A stretch of DNA of 64,000 nt, from positions 130,228 to 194,227 of the forward strand of contig DDEZ01000011.1 of assembly GCA_002336805.1 (NCBI GenBank). The letters are read 5' to 3'. Positions within the stretch are counted from its first letter, which is position 1; each line of letters opens with the position of its first letter. Positions 29,784-39,881 of the stretch are shown here, piece by piece. Origin of the DNA: Bacteroidetes bacterium UBA1941 (GTDB lineage: Bacteria; Bacteroidota; Bacteroidia; Chitinophagales; LD1). Below the pieces are notes generated by a model. It was not told the origin of the DNA and made no database searches. It worked only from the letters and a program-made list of their open reading frames with translations. A program made the position numbers and the translations under genes.

Positions 29784-29817
29784 AAGCCCGCTGCGTATCG
29801 TAGCGGGCTTTCTTTTT
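29784..29817 (+). terminator. Rho-independent terminator
   Basis: AAGCCCGCT...AGCGGGCTT 9-bp stem (extendable), followed by TCTTTTTC. Lies 22 nt after the protease stop. Confidence 0.7.
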
Positions 29818-29839
29818 CTGTAGCAATAACCAGAGGCAT

Positions 29840-29847
29840 TATATTTG
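29840..29847 (+). promoter_or_regulatory. Bacteroidota-type -7 promoter box
   Basis: Exact TATATTTG. It overlaps the TTG start of the longest ORF at 29845 and lies 15 nt upstream of the ATG at 29863. Confidence 0.4.
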
Positions 29848-29862
29848 CATGAAAGGCTCCAT

Positions 29863-30234
29863 ATGGGAAATTACGTCAATAACAATCTGATCAAAGGCGA
29901 GAGTATCGCATTTGAGACCACTTATCACTGGATCATATTCCTGCACTGGAAGTCGATACTGACCCTTTTCATACGTCCCATATTATTGCGCTGGTCAGAC
30001 GAGTTTGCTATCACTAATCATCGTATCATCATTAAGACAGGCCTCATCAGCCGCCACACGCTGGAGATGAACCTCAATAAAGTGGAGACGGTGAATGTGG
30101 ACCAGAGCATCTTTGGCCGGATACTGGGCTATGGTACCATACGCATAGTAGGAACGGGTGGCACCAATGAGGTATTCAACAACATAGCGCATCCTGTAGA
30201 GTTTCGCAAGAAGTTTCTGGAGCTGTCTATGTGA
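29863..30234 (+). CDS. Bacterial PH domain (bPH_2/YdbS-like) membrane protein
   Basis: About 123 aa. Two N-terminal hydrophobic helices, then FAITNHRIIIKTGLISRHTLEMNLNKVETV..., the typical bPH_2 pattern. Confidence 0.7.
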   Translation: MGNYVNNNLIKGESIAFETTYHWIIFLHWKSILTLFIRPILLRWSDEFAITNHRIIIKTGLISRHTLEMNLNKVETVNVDQSIFGRILGYGTIRIVGTGGTNEVFNNIAHPVEFRKKFLELSM

Positions 30235-30298
30235 CAGGAGAGGGGCATCAGCATTGCTTTTTATTTCCTATTTTGCCCCGTAAAACCAGTCACTCCAC

Positions 30299-31810
30299 AT
30301 GGCCAAACAGCAATCCAAACCTGCGCCAAAAGAAGCTCCTAAAGCTAAAGCGAAACAAAAGGCCGAACCCACCGGACCAGGCTTTCTTAAATTTCTCATA
30401 GCGCGTGAGCAGTGGGCAGACTGGGGTCTGATAGGCGGCCTGCTGATAGCCATCCTGATATTCCTGAAACTGTACTACCCCTATCCCGGTTACGAGACCG
30501 ACTCGGGCAACTATATCCTCTCGGCTATCACCGGCAAGATCAATGGCTACAGGCCTTATGGCTACTCGGGTTTTCTAAAGTTTTTTACCGGCATATCTTC
30601 TGATGTGAAATTTGTGACGACATGGCAGTGGTTTATGACTGCGTTTTCTGTGTCATTCTTCCTATTTACTGTCAAATACATTTTCCGGAGCCTGCCGCGT
30701 GGTTTCTTCTACCTGCTATGTCTCATGGCTATACTCAATCCGTCTGTGATCTATATGGACTCTTACCTCATGAGTGATAGTTTGTTTGTGAGCCTTACAT
30801 TACTATTCCTCACTACACTGCTATGGATCATCTACAATGGTAGCTATGTAGCCCTGTTTTCTAATCTGCTGCTGCTCTGGTGGTGTATGGATGCCAGGTA
30901 TATCGGCCTCTTCTATCCACTATTCAGCGCGGTAGCTATAGCGTGGGCACTGTGGAGGCGCTTCCGCTGGGTGGCTGTGATAGGTGGCCTGATACCGGTA
31001 GTGATGTTGCTCTTCTACCGCTCATCTGCCGCAGACCAGATGAAAGAGGAGTTTGGCGTAGAGACCTTCTCATCATTTGGTGGCTGGCAGGCTGCTAATA
31101 ACGGTGTCTCTGTATTGCCATATGTGAAGGTGGATACCAATCTGATACAAGATCCGATGACGAAATCTATCCATCAGATAGTACGTCAGTTTCCTGATTC
31201 ATTTTTTAATGAAGATGCGATCATAGCTACCAGCTTTATGTGGACGCGCACCTATCCGGGCAAGGCCTGCCTGGCCCAGTATATCCAGCAGACGCGTACA
31301 CCATACCTCCAGGCATGGGCCTATATGGGTACGGAGATGCAGAAATACGGCGACTTCCTCCAGTCAAACTATAGGAGTGAATATATCAAGCATTATATCA
31401 TTCCTAATTTCAAGCTGATATTCAAGGCGCATCCGATAGGAGAGACAGACACCTTCCGCGCTGATGCTAATCTGAAGGGGTTATTTACTGCAGACCGCGA
31501 TGTCTATGGCTTCAAAAAGCATGTGTTCAAACCTCTCACGGCTATACGGCAGGTATGCGATACAGGATTGTGGATCATGTTTTTCCTCTCCGCTATAGCG
31601 GGTCTGATCATGATACGCAGGCTGGGCCTCACACTGGAGCAGAAGCTCGTCATAGCAGCACTGGGGCTGTTTGTCGGTGCCTTCGCGGCAGTGAGTACTA
31701 TCGCCGCGCCGATCAATAACTTCCGCTATATCATGCCTATCATCTATGCTGTGCAGGCAGTACCGGTGCTGATCATCGGTACGCTCATAGCTGGGAGGAA
31801 GCAGCAGTGA
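30299..31810 (+). CDS. Polytopic membrane protein of unknown function with a Lys/Ala/Pro-rich N-terminal tail
   Basis: 503 aa. N-terminus MAKQQSKPAPKEAPKAKAKQKAEP, then about 9 TM helices, a ~150-aa soluble insert, and 3 more TM helices. No confident family. Confidence 0.55.
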   Translation: MAKQQSKPAPKEAPKAKAKQKAEPTGPGFLKFLIAREQWADWGLIGGLLIAILIFLKLYYPYPGYETDSGNYILSAITGKINGYRPYGYSGFLKFFTGISSDVKFVTTWQWFMTAFSVSFFLFTVKYIFRSLPRGFFYLLCLMAILNPSVIYMDSYLMSDSLFVSLTLLFLTTLLWIIYNGSYVALFSNLLLLWWCMDARYIGLFYPLFSAVAIAWALWRRFRWVAVIGGLIPVVMLLFYRSSAADQMKEEFGVETFSSFGGWQAANNGVSVLPYVKVDTNLIQDPMTKSIHQIVRQFPDSFFNEDAIIATSFMWTRTYPGKACLAQYIQQTRTPYLQAWAYMGTEMQKYGDFLQSNYRSEYIKHYIIPNFKLIFKAHPIGETDTFRADANLKGLFTADRDVYGFKKHVFKPLTAIRQVCDTGLWIMFFLSAIAGLIMIRRLGLTLEQKLVIAALGLFVGAFAAVSTIAAPINNFRYIMPIIYAVQAVPVLIIGTLIAGRKQQ

Positions 31811-33730
31811 TCAGATACCCGTCACCACAAACTCTGTGCGCCTGTTCTTAGCCTTGCCTTCTGCAGATTTATTGTCCGATATAGGCTGCGTAGCTGCATA
31901 GCCTTTGTAGGTCAGGCGGTCCTGAGATATTCCTTTCGATACGAGATAATCGTTTACCGCCTTGGCGCGATTGGTAGATAGCGCCTCATTGTCTTTCTCC
32001 AGACCAGAGTTATCTGTATGCCCGCCTACTTCTATTTTCAGCGTAGGGTTCTTGGTCATCAGGTCTATAAGCGTATTGAGCTCAGTGCGGGATTCATTTT
32101 TCAGCTCGTAGCTATTGGTCTCAAAGAAGATATTATTCAGCACCACCTTGCTGCCCACCTTGATCTTCTCCAGCTGTATATCCATGATGTAGGCGCCGCC
32201 TTGCTTCATATCTTTCAGAGAGAAGTTGGCCGAATAGAACAGGTACCCCTCCTTAGATATCTGGCAGGCGTAGTTCTTTCCGGTAGGCAGCGTGGCCAGG
32301 TATTCGCCGGTCTTGCCATCAGATGAGGCGGTAGAGTATATCACGCCAGATGCCAGGTCAAAGAACTGGATCTTTGTGGCCAGAGGATTGCCATTGGCTT
32401 TGTCGGTCACTACACCCTTCACATAGCTCACAGGGTATGGCTTCAGGTTTTCCGGCATTTCAAATTTGTATATATCCATGCCGCCCTTGGTATCCGGCTG
32501 CTCAGAGGCAAAGTAGGCCCAGTTGCCACTCGTAGTGACATAGATGCCTATCTCATCTCCGGGTGTATTGATAGGGTAGCCGAGGTTGATCGCCTTGCCC
32601 CAGGTACCATCAGCCTGCTTGCGCGACATGAAGAGGTCTGCGCCGCCCATACCCTCATGCCCGCGGGAGGTAAAGAAGAGAGTATATCCGTCAGGGTGAA
32701 TGAACGGACGCTCTTCCTCCTGATTGGTATTGATCTCAGGGCCCAGGTTTTGTGGGGTACTCCATTTGCCATCATCTCCCAGTGTGGAGGAGTATATGTC
32801 ACCGCCACCATAGCCACCATTGCGGGAGCTCACAAAGTATAGCGTACGCCCATCACCCGTGATATAGGGTTGCGTCTCTTTGCCTGGCGTGTTGATCACT
32901 GGGCCGAGATTCTTGCCTGGTTCCCATTCTACTCCATTTCTTTTGGAGAAATAGATGTCACAGCCACCCATGCTATTCGGCCTGTCACAGGAGGTAAAGA
33001 AGAGGTATTTGCCACTCGGCGAGATGCAGTGCGCACCTTCGTTGAACTGTAGCGTATTGACAGTCTCGGATACCGGCACTGCCTCACTCCACTCCCCATT
33101 GCGGCTTTCTGATACAAAGATATTCTCATCATGCGCCCTACCTATCCGCTCCAGCCTGGTGAAGTATAGCCAATGCTCATCCGCCGTCAGCGCCGGCATC
33201 AGGTCGTCTTCAGAGCTATTCACGCCGCTGCCGAGATTGATAGGTCTGAATGCTACTGGGTGCTTCACTGCGTCTTTGGCAAAGTCGCAGTTCTTGATCA
33301 TGTTGTCTGCCGCCGTTTCCCTGTCTGGTGTCAGATGCTGCGCACGATACGCCTGAAAATACTTTTTGGCCTCATCGTAGTCGCCCTTATTGAAAAGTGC
33401 CTGTCCTAGCTGCCACCTGAGATCCGGCTGATAGTCTGGCTTGAGTTGCTCTACCAGTTTCAGTTCTGTGACCGCGCCGGTATAGTTGCGCTGGTTCTCC
33501 AGGTACATGATACCCAGCAGCCAGTGTGCATCTACGAAGTTCTTTTCACTCTCCACGGCTATGTGCAGCATGGAGTCTGCCTGCGCATACCGGCCAAAGG
33601 CATAGGCTGTATTGCCCGCATCGTAATGATTTTGGGCGCGCTTCTTTGCATGCTCGTACGTCACTCCCATCTGCGAAAAGGCCTGCACACTGATCAGTAT
33701 CGCAGCAATGGCCAGAAAAAGTTTATTCAT
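31811..33730 (-). CDS. OmpA family protein with TPR, PD40/TolB-like beta-propeller repeats and a C-terminal OmpA peptidoglycan-binding domain
   Basis: Signal peptide. Repeated S.DG..LYF.S motifs. C-terminal GHTDNSG...NRAKAV..YL...NRRTEFVV. Confidence 0.85.
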   Translation of the reverse strand: MNKLFLAIAAILISVQAFSQMGVTYEHAKKRAQNHYDAGNTAYAFGRYAQADSMLHIAVESEKNFVDAHWLLGIMYLENQRNYTGAVTELKLVEQLKPDYQPDLRWQLGQALFNKGDYDEAKKYFQAYRAQHLTPDRETAADNMIKNCDFAKDAVKHPVAFRPINLGSGVNSSEDDLMPALTADEHWLYFTRLERIGRAHDENIFVSESRNGEWSEAVPVSETVNTLQFNEGAHCISPSGKYLFFTSCDRPNSMGGCDIYFSKRNGVEWEPGKNLGPVINTPGKETQPYITGDGRTLYFVSSRNGGYGGGDIYSSTLGDDGKWSTPQNLGPEINTNQEEERPFIHPDGYTLFFTSRGHEGMGGADLFMSRKQADGTWGKAINLGYPINTPGDEIGIYVTTSGNWAYFASEQPDTKGGMDIYKFEMPENLKPYPVSYVKGVVTDKANGNPLATKIQFFDLASGVIYSTASSDGKTGEYLATLPTGKNYACQISKEGYLFYSANFSLKDMKQGGAYIMDIQLEKIKVGSKVVLNNIFFETNSYELKNESRTELNTLIDLMTKNPTLKIEVGGHTDNSGLEKDNEALSTNRAKAVNDYLVSKGISQDRLTYKGYAATQPISDNKSAEGKAKNRRTEFVVTGI

Positions 33731-33777
33731 GTAAGGGTTGTATTGTCTAATGTCTTTTGTCTAACGTCTTTAGTCTG

Positions 33778-34392
33778 CTAAGGCACATTTAGGTACTTAT
33801 GTATCTGCAGGGATATCTCCCACTGCTGGTGTTCCTTCACATACTCTATCACCATCGGCACCATCTCCTCCTCCTGCTCCCACTCCGGAGAGAGGTAGAG
33901 TTTGCACACCGGGCTCACCTGGGCTGCATACTGCTCCGCCCAGCGGAAATCATTGCGATGGTTGATCACTACTTTCAGCTCACTGGCCAGTGGCAGTATA
34001 CTAGCTACCGGCGGTTTATATCTCTTGGGAGATACCGTGATCCAGTCAAATTCACCACGCGCCGGATAGGCGCCGGAGGTCTCTATATGTGATCGGATAC
34101 CTTTTGCGCGCAGCGCGGCAGTCAGTGCCGTCAGGTCATACATCAGCGGCTCGCCGCCGGTGATGACGCAGATCAGGGCTCCGGCCTCTGCCACAGCATC
34201 TACTATCTCTGCTACAGACATCTTGGGATGCGCCTCTGCATCCCAGCTCTCTTTCACATCGCACCACGGGCAGCCCACATCACAGCCACCCAGCCGTACG
34301 AAGTAGGCGGCGCGGCCCTGGTAGTACCCTTCACCCTGTATGGTGTAGAAGTGCTCCATCACGGGGAGCAGCATTGTATCAGCAGCGGACAT
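33778..34392 (-). CDS. queE: 7-carboxy-7-deazaguanine synthase (radical SAM)
   Basis: EHFYTIQGEG and RLGGCDVGCPWCD cluster motifs. 204 aa. Confidence 0.85.
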   Translation of the reverse strand: MSAADTMLLPVMEHFYTIQGEGYYQGRAAYFVRLGGCDVGCPWCDVKESWDAEAHPKMSVAEIVDAVAEAGALICVITGGEPLMYDLTALTAALRAKGIRSHIETSGAYPARGEFDWITVSPKRYKPPVASILPLASELKVVINHRNDFRWAEQYAAQVSPVCKLYLSPEWEQEEEMVPMVIEYVKEHQQWEISLQIHKYLNVP

Positions 34393-34399
34393 TATTTGG

Positions 34400-34407
34400 C
34401 AAATTTA
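34400..34407 (-). promoter_or_regulatory. Bacteroidota-type -7 promoter box
   Basis: Exact TAAATTTG on the minus strand, 7 nt upstream of the queE ATG. Confidence 0.4.
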
Positions 34408-34518
34408 CCGAAAACCCGCCATTAGCAGGCTGGGCTACTGACCATAGATTGTGGACTGTTGACAAACATTGGCATATTGCCGCATTAGTGTAATTTCGCT
34501 ATCCAAATACAAAGTGCA

Positions 34519-36045
34519 ATGAAAAGTTTCCTCAAGGCATTAGGCCTTAGCAAAGAAAACGCCGGAGCGTCTACTGGCAATAAATGGCTCAAATCAAAAG
34601 GCCAGCTCATCCGTAGCTACTCTCCTGTAGATGGCAAAGAGATAGGTGCTGTAGTAGCAGGTACGGAGAAAGAATATAAGGTGATAGTAGAGACAGCGCA
34701 GAAAGCCTTTGATGTATGGCGCAATGTGCCTGCACCAAAGCGTGGTGAGATAGTACGCCAGATAGGTGAGGAGCTGAGAAAATATAAAGAGCCACTCGGC
34801 CAGCTCGTATCCTACGAGATGGGTAAATCCCTGCAGGAAGGGTATGGCGAGGTGCAGGAGATGATAGATATCTGCGACTTTGCGGTAGGCCTCTCGCGCC
34901 AGTTGCATGGCCTCACTATGCACTCTGAGCGTCCGCTGCACCGCATGTATGAGCAGTACCACCCGCTGGGTATCGTGGGCATCATCTCTGCATTCAATTT
35001 CCCGGTAGCGGTATGGAGCTGGAACTCTATGCTGGCCTGGGTCTGCGGTGATGTCTGTATCTGGAAACCATCTGAGAAAACCCCTCTCTGCGGTATAGCC
35101 TGCCAGAATATCGTGTCAAAGGTGTTTAAGAGGAATGGCCTGCCAGAAGGTATCTCAAACCTGATCATCGGTGACTACAAAGTAGGTGAACTGATGTCTA
35201 ATGATCCTAATGTACCGCTCGTATCGGCCACTGGCTCTACCCGTATGGGCAAGCTCGTGGCACAGGCAGTAGCAGGCCGTCTGGGCCGCAGCCTGCTGGA
35301 GCTGGGTGGCAATAATGCGATCATCATCACACCTGATGCTGACCTGGACATAGCTATGGTGGCTGTCGTATTTGGTGCTGTGGGCACTGCCGGCCAGCGC
35401 TGCACTACCACGCGGAGGCTCATCATACACGAGTCGAAGTATGACGAGGTGAAAAACCGTATCAAAAAGGCGTATGCACAACTCAAAATAGGTGACCCTC
35501 TGGATCAGCGCAACCACGTAGGCCCACTGATAGACAAGGACGCAGTGGCTATGTATGAGCACGCCATCTCTGAGGCGGTGAAGCAAGGTGGCAAAGTATG
35601 GGTAGAAGGTGGTGTGCTGAAGGGCAAGAACTACGCCAGCGGCTGCTATGTGAAGCCGGCAGTGATAGAGGGTAAAAACTCTATGCCTATCGTGCAGCAT
35701 GAGACCTTTGCACCGATACTCTACCTGATGAAATATAAGACCATAGATGAAGCAATAGCGCTGCAAAATGGCGTGGTACAGGGTCTCTCATCTGCCATCA
35801 TGACCACCAATATGCGCGAGGCGGAGGCATTCCTCTCGGCTGCGGGCTCTGACTGCGGTATAGCCAATGTCAATATCGGTACCTCGGGTGCTGAGATAGG
35901 TGGTGCATTCGGCGGGGAAAAGGAAACTGGTGGTGGCCGTGAGTCGGGCTCCGATGCCTGGAAGGCCTACATGCGCCGACAGACCAATACGATCAACTAT
36001 GGCACTAAACTGCCACTGGCACAAGGGATCAAGTTTGAGCTTTAA
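34519..36045 (+). CDS. ALDH7-type aldehyde dehydrogenase (alpha-aminoadipic semialdehyde / piperideine-6-carboxylate dehydrogenase-like)
   Basis: 508 aa. [14 protein letters not shown]..., EMGK...[19 protein letters not shown], catalytic GQRCTT and ELGGNNA motifs, closely patterned on antiquitin. Confidence 0.9.
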   Translation: MKSFLKALGLSKENAGASTGNKWLKSKGQLIRSYSPVDGKEIGAVVAGTEKEYKVIVETAQKAFDVWRNVPAPKRGEIVRQIGEELRKYKEPLGQLVSYEMGKSLQEGYGEVQEMIDICDFAVGLSRQLHGLTMHSERPLHRMYEQYHPLGIVGIISAFNFPVAVWSWNSMLAWVCGDVCIWKPSEKTPLCGIACQNIVSKVFKRNGLPEGISNLIIGDYKVGELMSNDPNVPLVSATGSTRMGKLVAQAVAGRLGRSLLELGGNNAIIITPDADLDIAMVAVVFGAVGTAGQRCTTTRRLIIHESKYDEVKNRIKKAYAQLKIGDPLDQRNHVGPLIDKDAVAMYEHAISEAVKQGGKVWVEGGVLKGKNYASGCYVKPAVIEGKNSMPIVQHETFAPILYLMKYKTIDEAIALQNGVVQGLSSAIMTTNMREAEAFLSAAGSDCGIANVNIGTSGAEIGGAFGGEKETGGGRESGSDAWKAYMRRQTNTINYGTKLPLAQGIKFEL

Positions 36046-36066
36046 AGCCTTAAAATACGATTAGCG

Positions 36067-36094
36067 AAAGAGCAACTTAGGTTGCTCTTTTTTT
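36067..36094. terminator. Bidirectional rho-independent terminator
   Basis: AAAGAGCAAC-TTAG-GTTGCTCTTT 10-bp stem followed by a T-run. Lies between convergent genes. Confidence 0.65.
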
Positions 36095-37589
36095 ATTTCT
36101 TCTTTCCGATGACCGGTATCAGGTGGTGAAACTCAGGTACGATACGTAGCGCATATACCAGGCTGCCAAAGAGGCCAGTGATCACTGTGCCCCGGATGGC
36201 TACATTTAGAAAAGGATTGCCTGCAGATGGGATGAAATAGACAATGGCACCTGTGAGCAGGATGATGCCTACGATCTTTGGCGTGTCACGTGTGAATGGC
36301 TGCAGGTGAAAATACCTCCAGATCAGGATAAACTTTGTCACGTTGTACAGGAAAGCCGATAGCGCTGTGGCAATGGCTGCTCCATTCATGCCAAAGAGGG
36401 GGATGAATATCCGGTAGTTGATATATGCCACTATCACCAGGCCCAGCAGCAGCCATATTGTGACCTTGTATTTGTCAGAGGTGTATAGCATTCCATCATT
36501 ATTGCCCGTAGCCATATTGATCAGGGTGCCAAAGCTGATGATAAACACGACTGTTTTCGCCAGTGAGAAATCCTTGTCCGGCATGATCTGAAAGAGAGAA
36601 TCAATATTCAGGTTGACCATCAGAAACAGGAATCCACCTATCAGCAGCAGGTACCGGGCCGACTTATAGTACATCTGGCGGATATCCTCTATGTCGTTAC
36701 GCTTCCAGGCGTCAGCCATCTTGGGTGTCATGATCTTCTCCAGCGCATTCAGCGGTGCCTCTACAAAGGTGGCCACAAATGCCGCTACCGAGTAGATACC
36801 TACTATATCCAGGGCGTTGAGGTTAGCCTCCTTAGGCTTGTATGTGCCCAGCATGATCGTGTCCATATACCGGAGGCCCAGGGTAGCTATCACACCGAGA
36901 CTGAGTGTGAGGCCAAAGTAGAACATCCTCATGGGAGAATGTTCTTTGTATTGCGACCAGTTGACCCGTAGTGAGGGGCTGTCTACTATGAATATGTACG
37001 CAAACAGGGCTGCAAACTGTGTCCCATAGATGGCTACAAATAGCATCACAAACTGGTCCCTGTCTATCCAGTGGATGAAGTAAATGGTGAATAGTATGAT
37101 GCTGCCTATACGTATGAGCACGTCATTGATCAGGGCAGGCACTGAGGTGCGGAAAATGGAATAGGAATATGCCGTCAGTACATTGCTGAAGCCCAAAAAG
37201 AATGTGAGCGGGAAAACGTAATAAAAGTAGTCTGTAAAGAGCCGCGACTGGGCTACATATTGAGCTACGATATAGTCCTTGAATATATACAGGAGAGCAC
37301 TGAAGAAAAGATAACCCAGCATCGGGAATATCAGCATGAAGCCGAAGAAACCGTGATGGTTTCGCTCCCTATCCCTGAAGTATGGAAAGTACCGCAGTAT
37401 AGTAGCTGTCATACCCAGCGGGGTCAGGCTGGCCACGAGTGACGAGAAGGAGAATAAGAGCCTGGTGAGCCCCATTTCCTCCTTGGTCAGGAAGTGAGGC
37501 TGTACGATGATCAGGCTCAGCGCACCTACGGCTATGCCGATATAGGTGATGATGCTGTTTCTGATACCCTGACGCTGTATGACCCCCAA
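36093..37589 (-). CDS. Polysaccharide biosynthesis protein / oligosaccharide flippase (MOP/Wzx-like)
   Basis: 498 aa with about 14 TM helices and a typical Wzx-like N-terminus. TTG start in the track. Confidence 0.8.
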   Translation of the reverse strand: MGVIQRQGIRNSIITYIGIAVGALSLIIVQPHFLTKEEMGLTRLLFSFSSLVASLTPLGMTATILRYFPYFRDRERNHHGFFGFMLIFPMLGYLFFSALLYIFKDYIVAQYVAQSRLFTDYFYYVFPLTFFLGFSNVLTAYSYSIFRTSVPALINDVLIRIGSIILFTIYFIHWIDRDQFVMLFVAIYGTQFAALFAYIFIVDSPSLRVNWSQYKEHSPMRMFYFGLTLSLGVIATLGLRYMDTIMLGTYKPKEANLNALDIVGIYSVAAFVATFVEAPLNALEKIMTPKMADAWKRNDIEDIRQMYYKSARYLLLIGGFLFLMVNLNIDSLFQIMPDKDFSLAKTVVFIISFGTLINMATGNNDGMLYTSDKYKVTIWLLLGLVIVAYINYRIFIPLFGMNGAAIATALSAFLYNVTKFILIWRYFHLQPFTRDTPKIVGIILLTGAIVYFIPSAGNPFLNVAIRGTVITGLFGSLVYALRIVPEFHHLIPVIGKKK

Positions 37590-37692
37590 AGTGCTTCTTG
37601 TTTACTCATACAATTATAAGGCTTTGCCTCAGATACAGGAAATGGACTGATGAAGCCACCGTGCTCTTTGACTTTTATTGGCGGCTATGCTC

Positions 37693-37722
37693 AAAAAAAT
37701 AGGCCACCGCGGACGGTGGCCT
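37693..37722 (-). terminator. Rho-independent terminator
   Basis: The minus strand reads AGGCCACCG-TCCG-CGGTGGCCT followed by T7. Lies 23 nt after the stop of the Kelch/PKD gene. Confidence 0.7.
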
Positions 37723-37744
37723 ACAGATACACTATGTTGTCAGC

Positions 37745-39808
37745 TTATTTACTCACTTTGGCAAATTTCATTTTGGTAGATGAGCCATTGGCTTTCACTT
37801 CTACCACATAGATGCCGTCTGGCAGCGCTTCTACATTGATCTTGCCTCTGCTCAGGTCCGCTGTCGCGAGCAGTTGGCCATTCATATTGTAGAGTGCTGC
37901 TTCCTCCAGTTTCTGGCCATTGGTCACTATGGATATTTCCTTGCTGGCAGGATTAGGATAGAGGCTGATAGCATGGTCGCCGCTCACATCATGCAGGCCC
38001 AGGGTCACCTGCCGTGCTACAGAAAACTGCTGCATCGGGCCACCACCATACTTATATGCATAGAAGGATGAATCACAGAAGCTGAATGAGCATCCGGCAC
38101 CATCGCTCACTGTCAGGCACACGGTATAGTTGCCCGGTACGGCATAGGTATGAGTTGGAAACTGCAGATTAGAAGTAGTGCCATCACCAAAGTCCCACAT
38201 ATAGCTCAGGTTGCCCGCGCCTGTAGTGTACAGCACTGAGTAGTAAGCACCAGGTATATTAGGGTCAGGATAGACCACCAGGTATATCTGGCATGGTGTA
38301 TATACTATCGGAGTATCAGCTATGGTAGTACATGCTGAGGCTACGCAGCCGGTAGTATCAGTCACGCTCACACAGTAGGTGGCAGGAGTATAATACGGTA
38401 TGGTCACTACCGGATCCGGTGAGGTGCTGATGAATGTGCTGTCTGCAGGATTGGTCCAGGCATAATGGTATGGGCCTGCGCCGCCGGTCACGATAGTGGA
38501 GAGTGTATACAGCTCTCCATAGTTAGTATTGAGTATAGATACTGAGCAGTTATTGATATTAGTGATCACTACGCTGTCTGTTGCACTATTGCTGCAGGAT
38601 GAGGCCGTGTCATGTACTATGACCACGACAGGGTAGTGGCCTACTGCTGTGTAGTTGTGTATCACAGAGGTGCCAGTTCCGGTTTGTCCATCGCCAAAAT
38701 TCCATGTGATCTCCGCAGTAGGTGAGAAGTTGCCGCTAGCCTGGAAATTGTACACAGCATTGCTGATCTGGTATTTATTGAGCGTCACATTGCATGAATA
38801 AGGAGCCGTACCAGGGCCGAGCCTATAGAAATAATTTGCTACAGAGCTTAGGGCAAAGTTATAGCCCCCCTGGCCCATGTATCCGGCACCATTACAAGAC
38901 GTGTACATACCACCGAATGTCGCAGCCGTAGGGAAGATACCCCAGAGCGACCAGGTGTCAGTGGCAGGTGTATATTTCCAGACCTTATTATTGGAGCCTA
39001 CAGGAGAGTTGTAGAGAACGCTGTTCTGATTGTTGCCATTCATCACGTATCCTTCATCATTGATCACAAAGCTGAAGCCTCCGCTGATGGCATCACCAGG
39101 GAAGTTTCCCAGCCTGGTCCATGTATCCGTGGCAGGATCATACTTGTAGAAGTCGCTCTCCAGAAAGTAGCCACCCATGCCATTGCTGGTAGCGCCCATG
39201 CCAGCATAAGCATAGTTGCCTATCACAAAGCAAGGAAGATCCTGGCGTGCCGTACCCGGGAAGTCAGCTTTCTGCGACCAGCTGTCGCTAGCAGGATCAT
39301 AGCAGTAGACATCTTTCTTGTACGGACTGAAGCCGCATGCTACGTAGCCCTTGCCGGCTACTGCAAACGTGGCTGTAGTATAGCGTGTAGATCCTGGGAA
39401 TGCTGCCTTGGCAGTCCAGGTATCTGTAGCCGGGTCGTATTGCCAGGTCGTATTAGGACCTGAGCCGGAGCCTGTAGAGTCCCATCCCGATACCAGGTAT
39501 CCATAGCTTCCTATGGTAAAACCCTTGCCCCCGTAGGTAGCGATACCCGGGAAATCAGCCTTTCTCGTCCATGTATTAGATACGGTATTGAAATCCCAGA
39601 CCTGGTGCTCCATAGTGGCAGGGTAGCCCGTATAGGGTCCATAGTATCCACCCATCACATACACATCATTGCCTATGGCAAAGCTGGCATTACTGAAAAC
39701 CTGGGAGTGATAGGAGGGCTCCTGTGTCCAGGTGAGATTTTGGGCGCCTGCCCAGTAGCTTCCCATTACTAACAGGGCAAGCCATAATAGTTTGTTGACG
39801 TTTCTCAT
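37745..39808 (-). CDS. Secreted Kelch-repeat beta-propeller protein with two PKD domains and a T9SS C-terminal sorting domain
   Basis: Repeated TW..KA.FPG..R Kelch-like blades. WNFGDGQTG...H.Y and WDFGDGTTS...HTY PKD cores. C-terminal LYPNPASKEISI...GIYVVEVKANG. Confidence 0.8.
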   Translation of the reverse strand: MRNVNKLLWLALLVMGSYWAGAQNLTWTQEPSYHSQVFSNASFAIGNDVYVMGGYYGPYTGYPATMEHQVWDFNTVSNTWTRKADFPGIATYGGKGFTIGSYGYLVSGWDSTGSGSGPNTTWQYDPATDTWTAKAAFPGSTRYTTATFAVAGKGYVACGFSPYKKDVYCYDPASDSWSQKADFPGTARQDLPCFVIGNYAYAGMGATSNGMGGYFLESDFYKYDPATDTWTRLGNFPGDAISGGFSFVINDEGYVMNGNNQNSVLYNSPVGSNNKVWKYTPATDTWSLWGIFPTAATFGGMYTSCNGAGYMGQGGYNFALSSVANYFYRLGPGTAPYSCNVTLNKYQISNAVYNFQASGNFSPTAEITWNFGDGQTGTGTSVIHNYTAVGHYPVVVIVHDTASSCSNSATDSVVITNINNCSVSILNTNYGELYTLSTIVTGGAGPYHYAWTNPADSTFISTSPDPVVTIPYYTPATYCVSVTDTTGCVASACTTIADTPIVYTPCQIYLVVYPDPNIPGAYYSVLYTTGAGNLSYMWDFGDGTTSNLQFPTHTYAVPGNYTVCLTVSDGAGCSFSFCDSSFYAYKYGGGPMQQFSVARQVTLGLHDVSGDHAISLYPNPASKEISIVTNGQKLEEAALYNMNGQLLATADLSRGKINVEALPDGIYVVEVKANGSSTKMKFAKVSK

Positions 39809-39881
39809 AGTGCGTTTTTTAGTTTAGATGCTAATATATAACAAATGGATGCAAGTATTGTGATCGGCTCTTGTTAATACT

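Noticed and set aside
34393-34518. Possible preQ1 riboswitch upstream of queE
   Set aside because: No preQ1-I-like hairpin with an A-rich tail was seen. A -7 box sits only 7 nt from the ATG, leaving no room for a leader.
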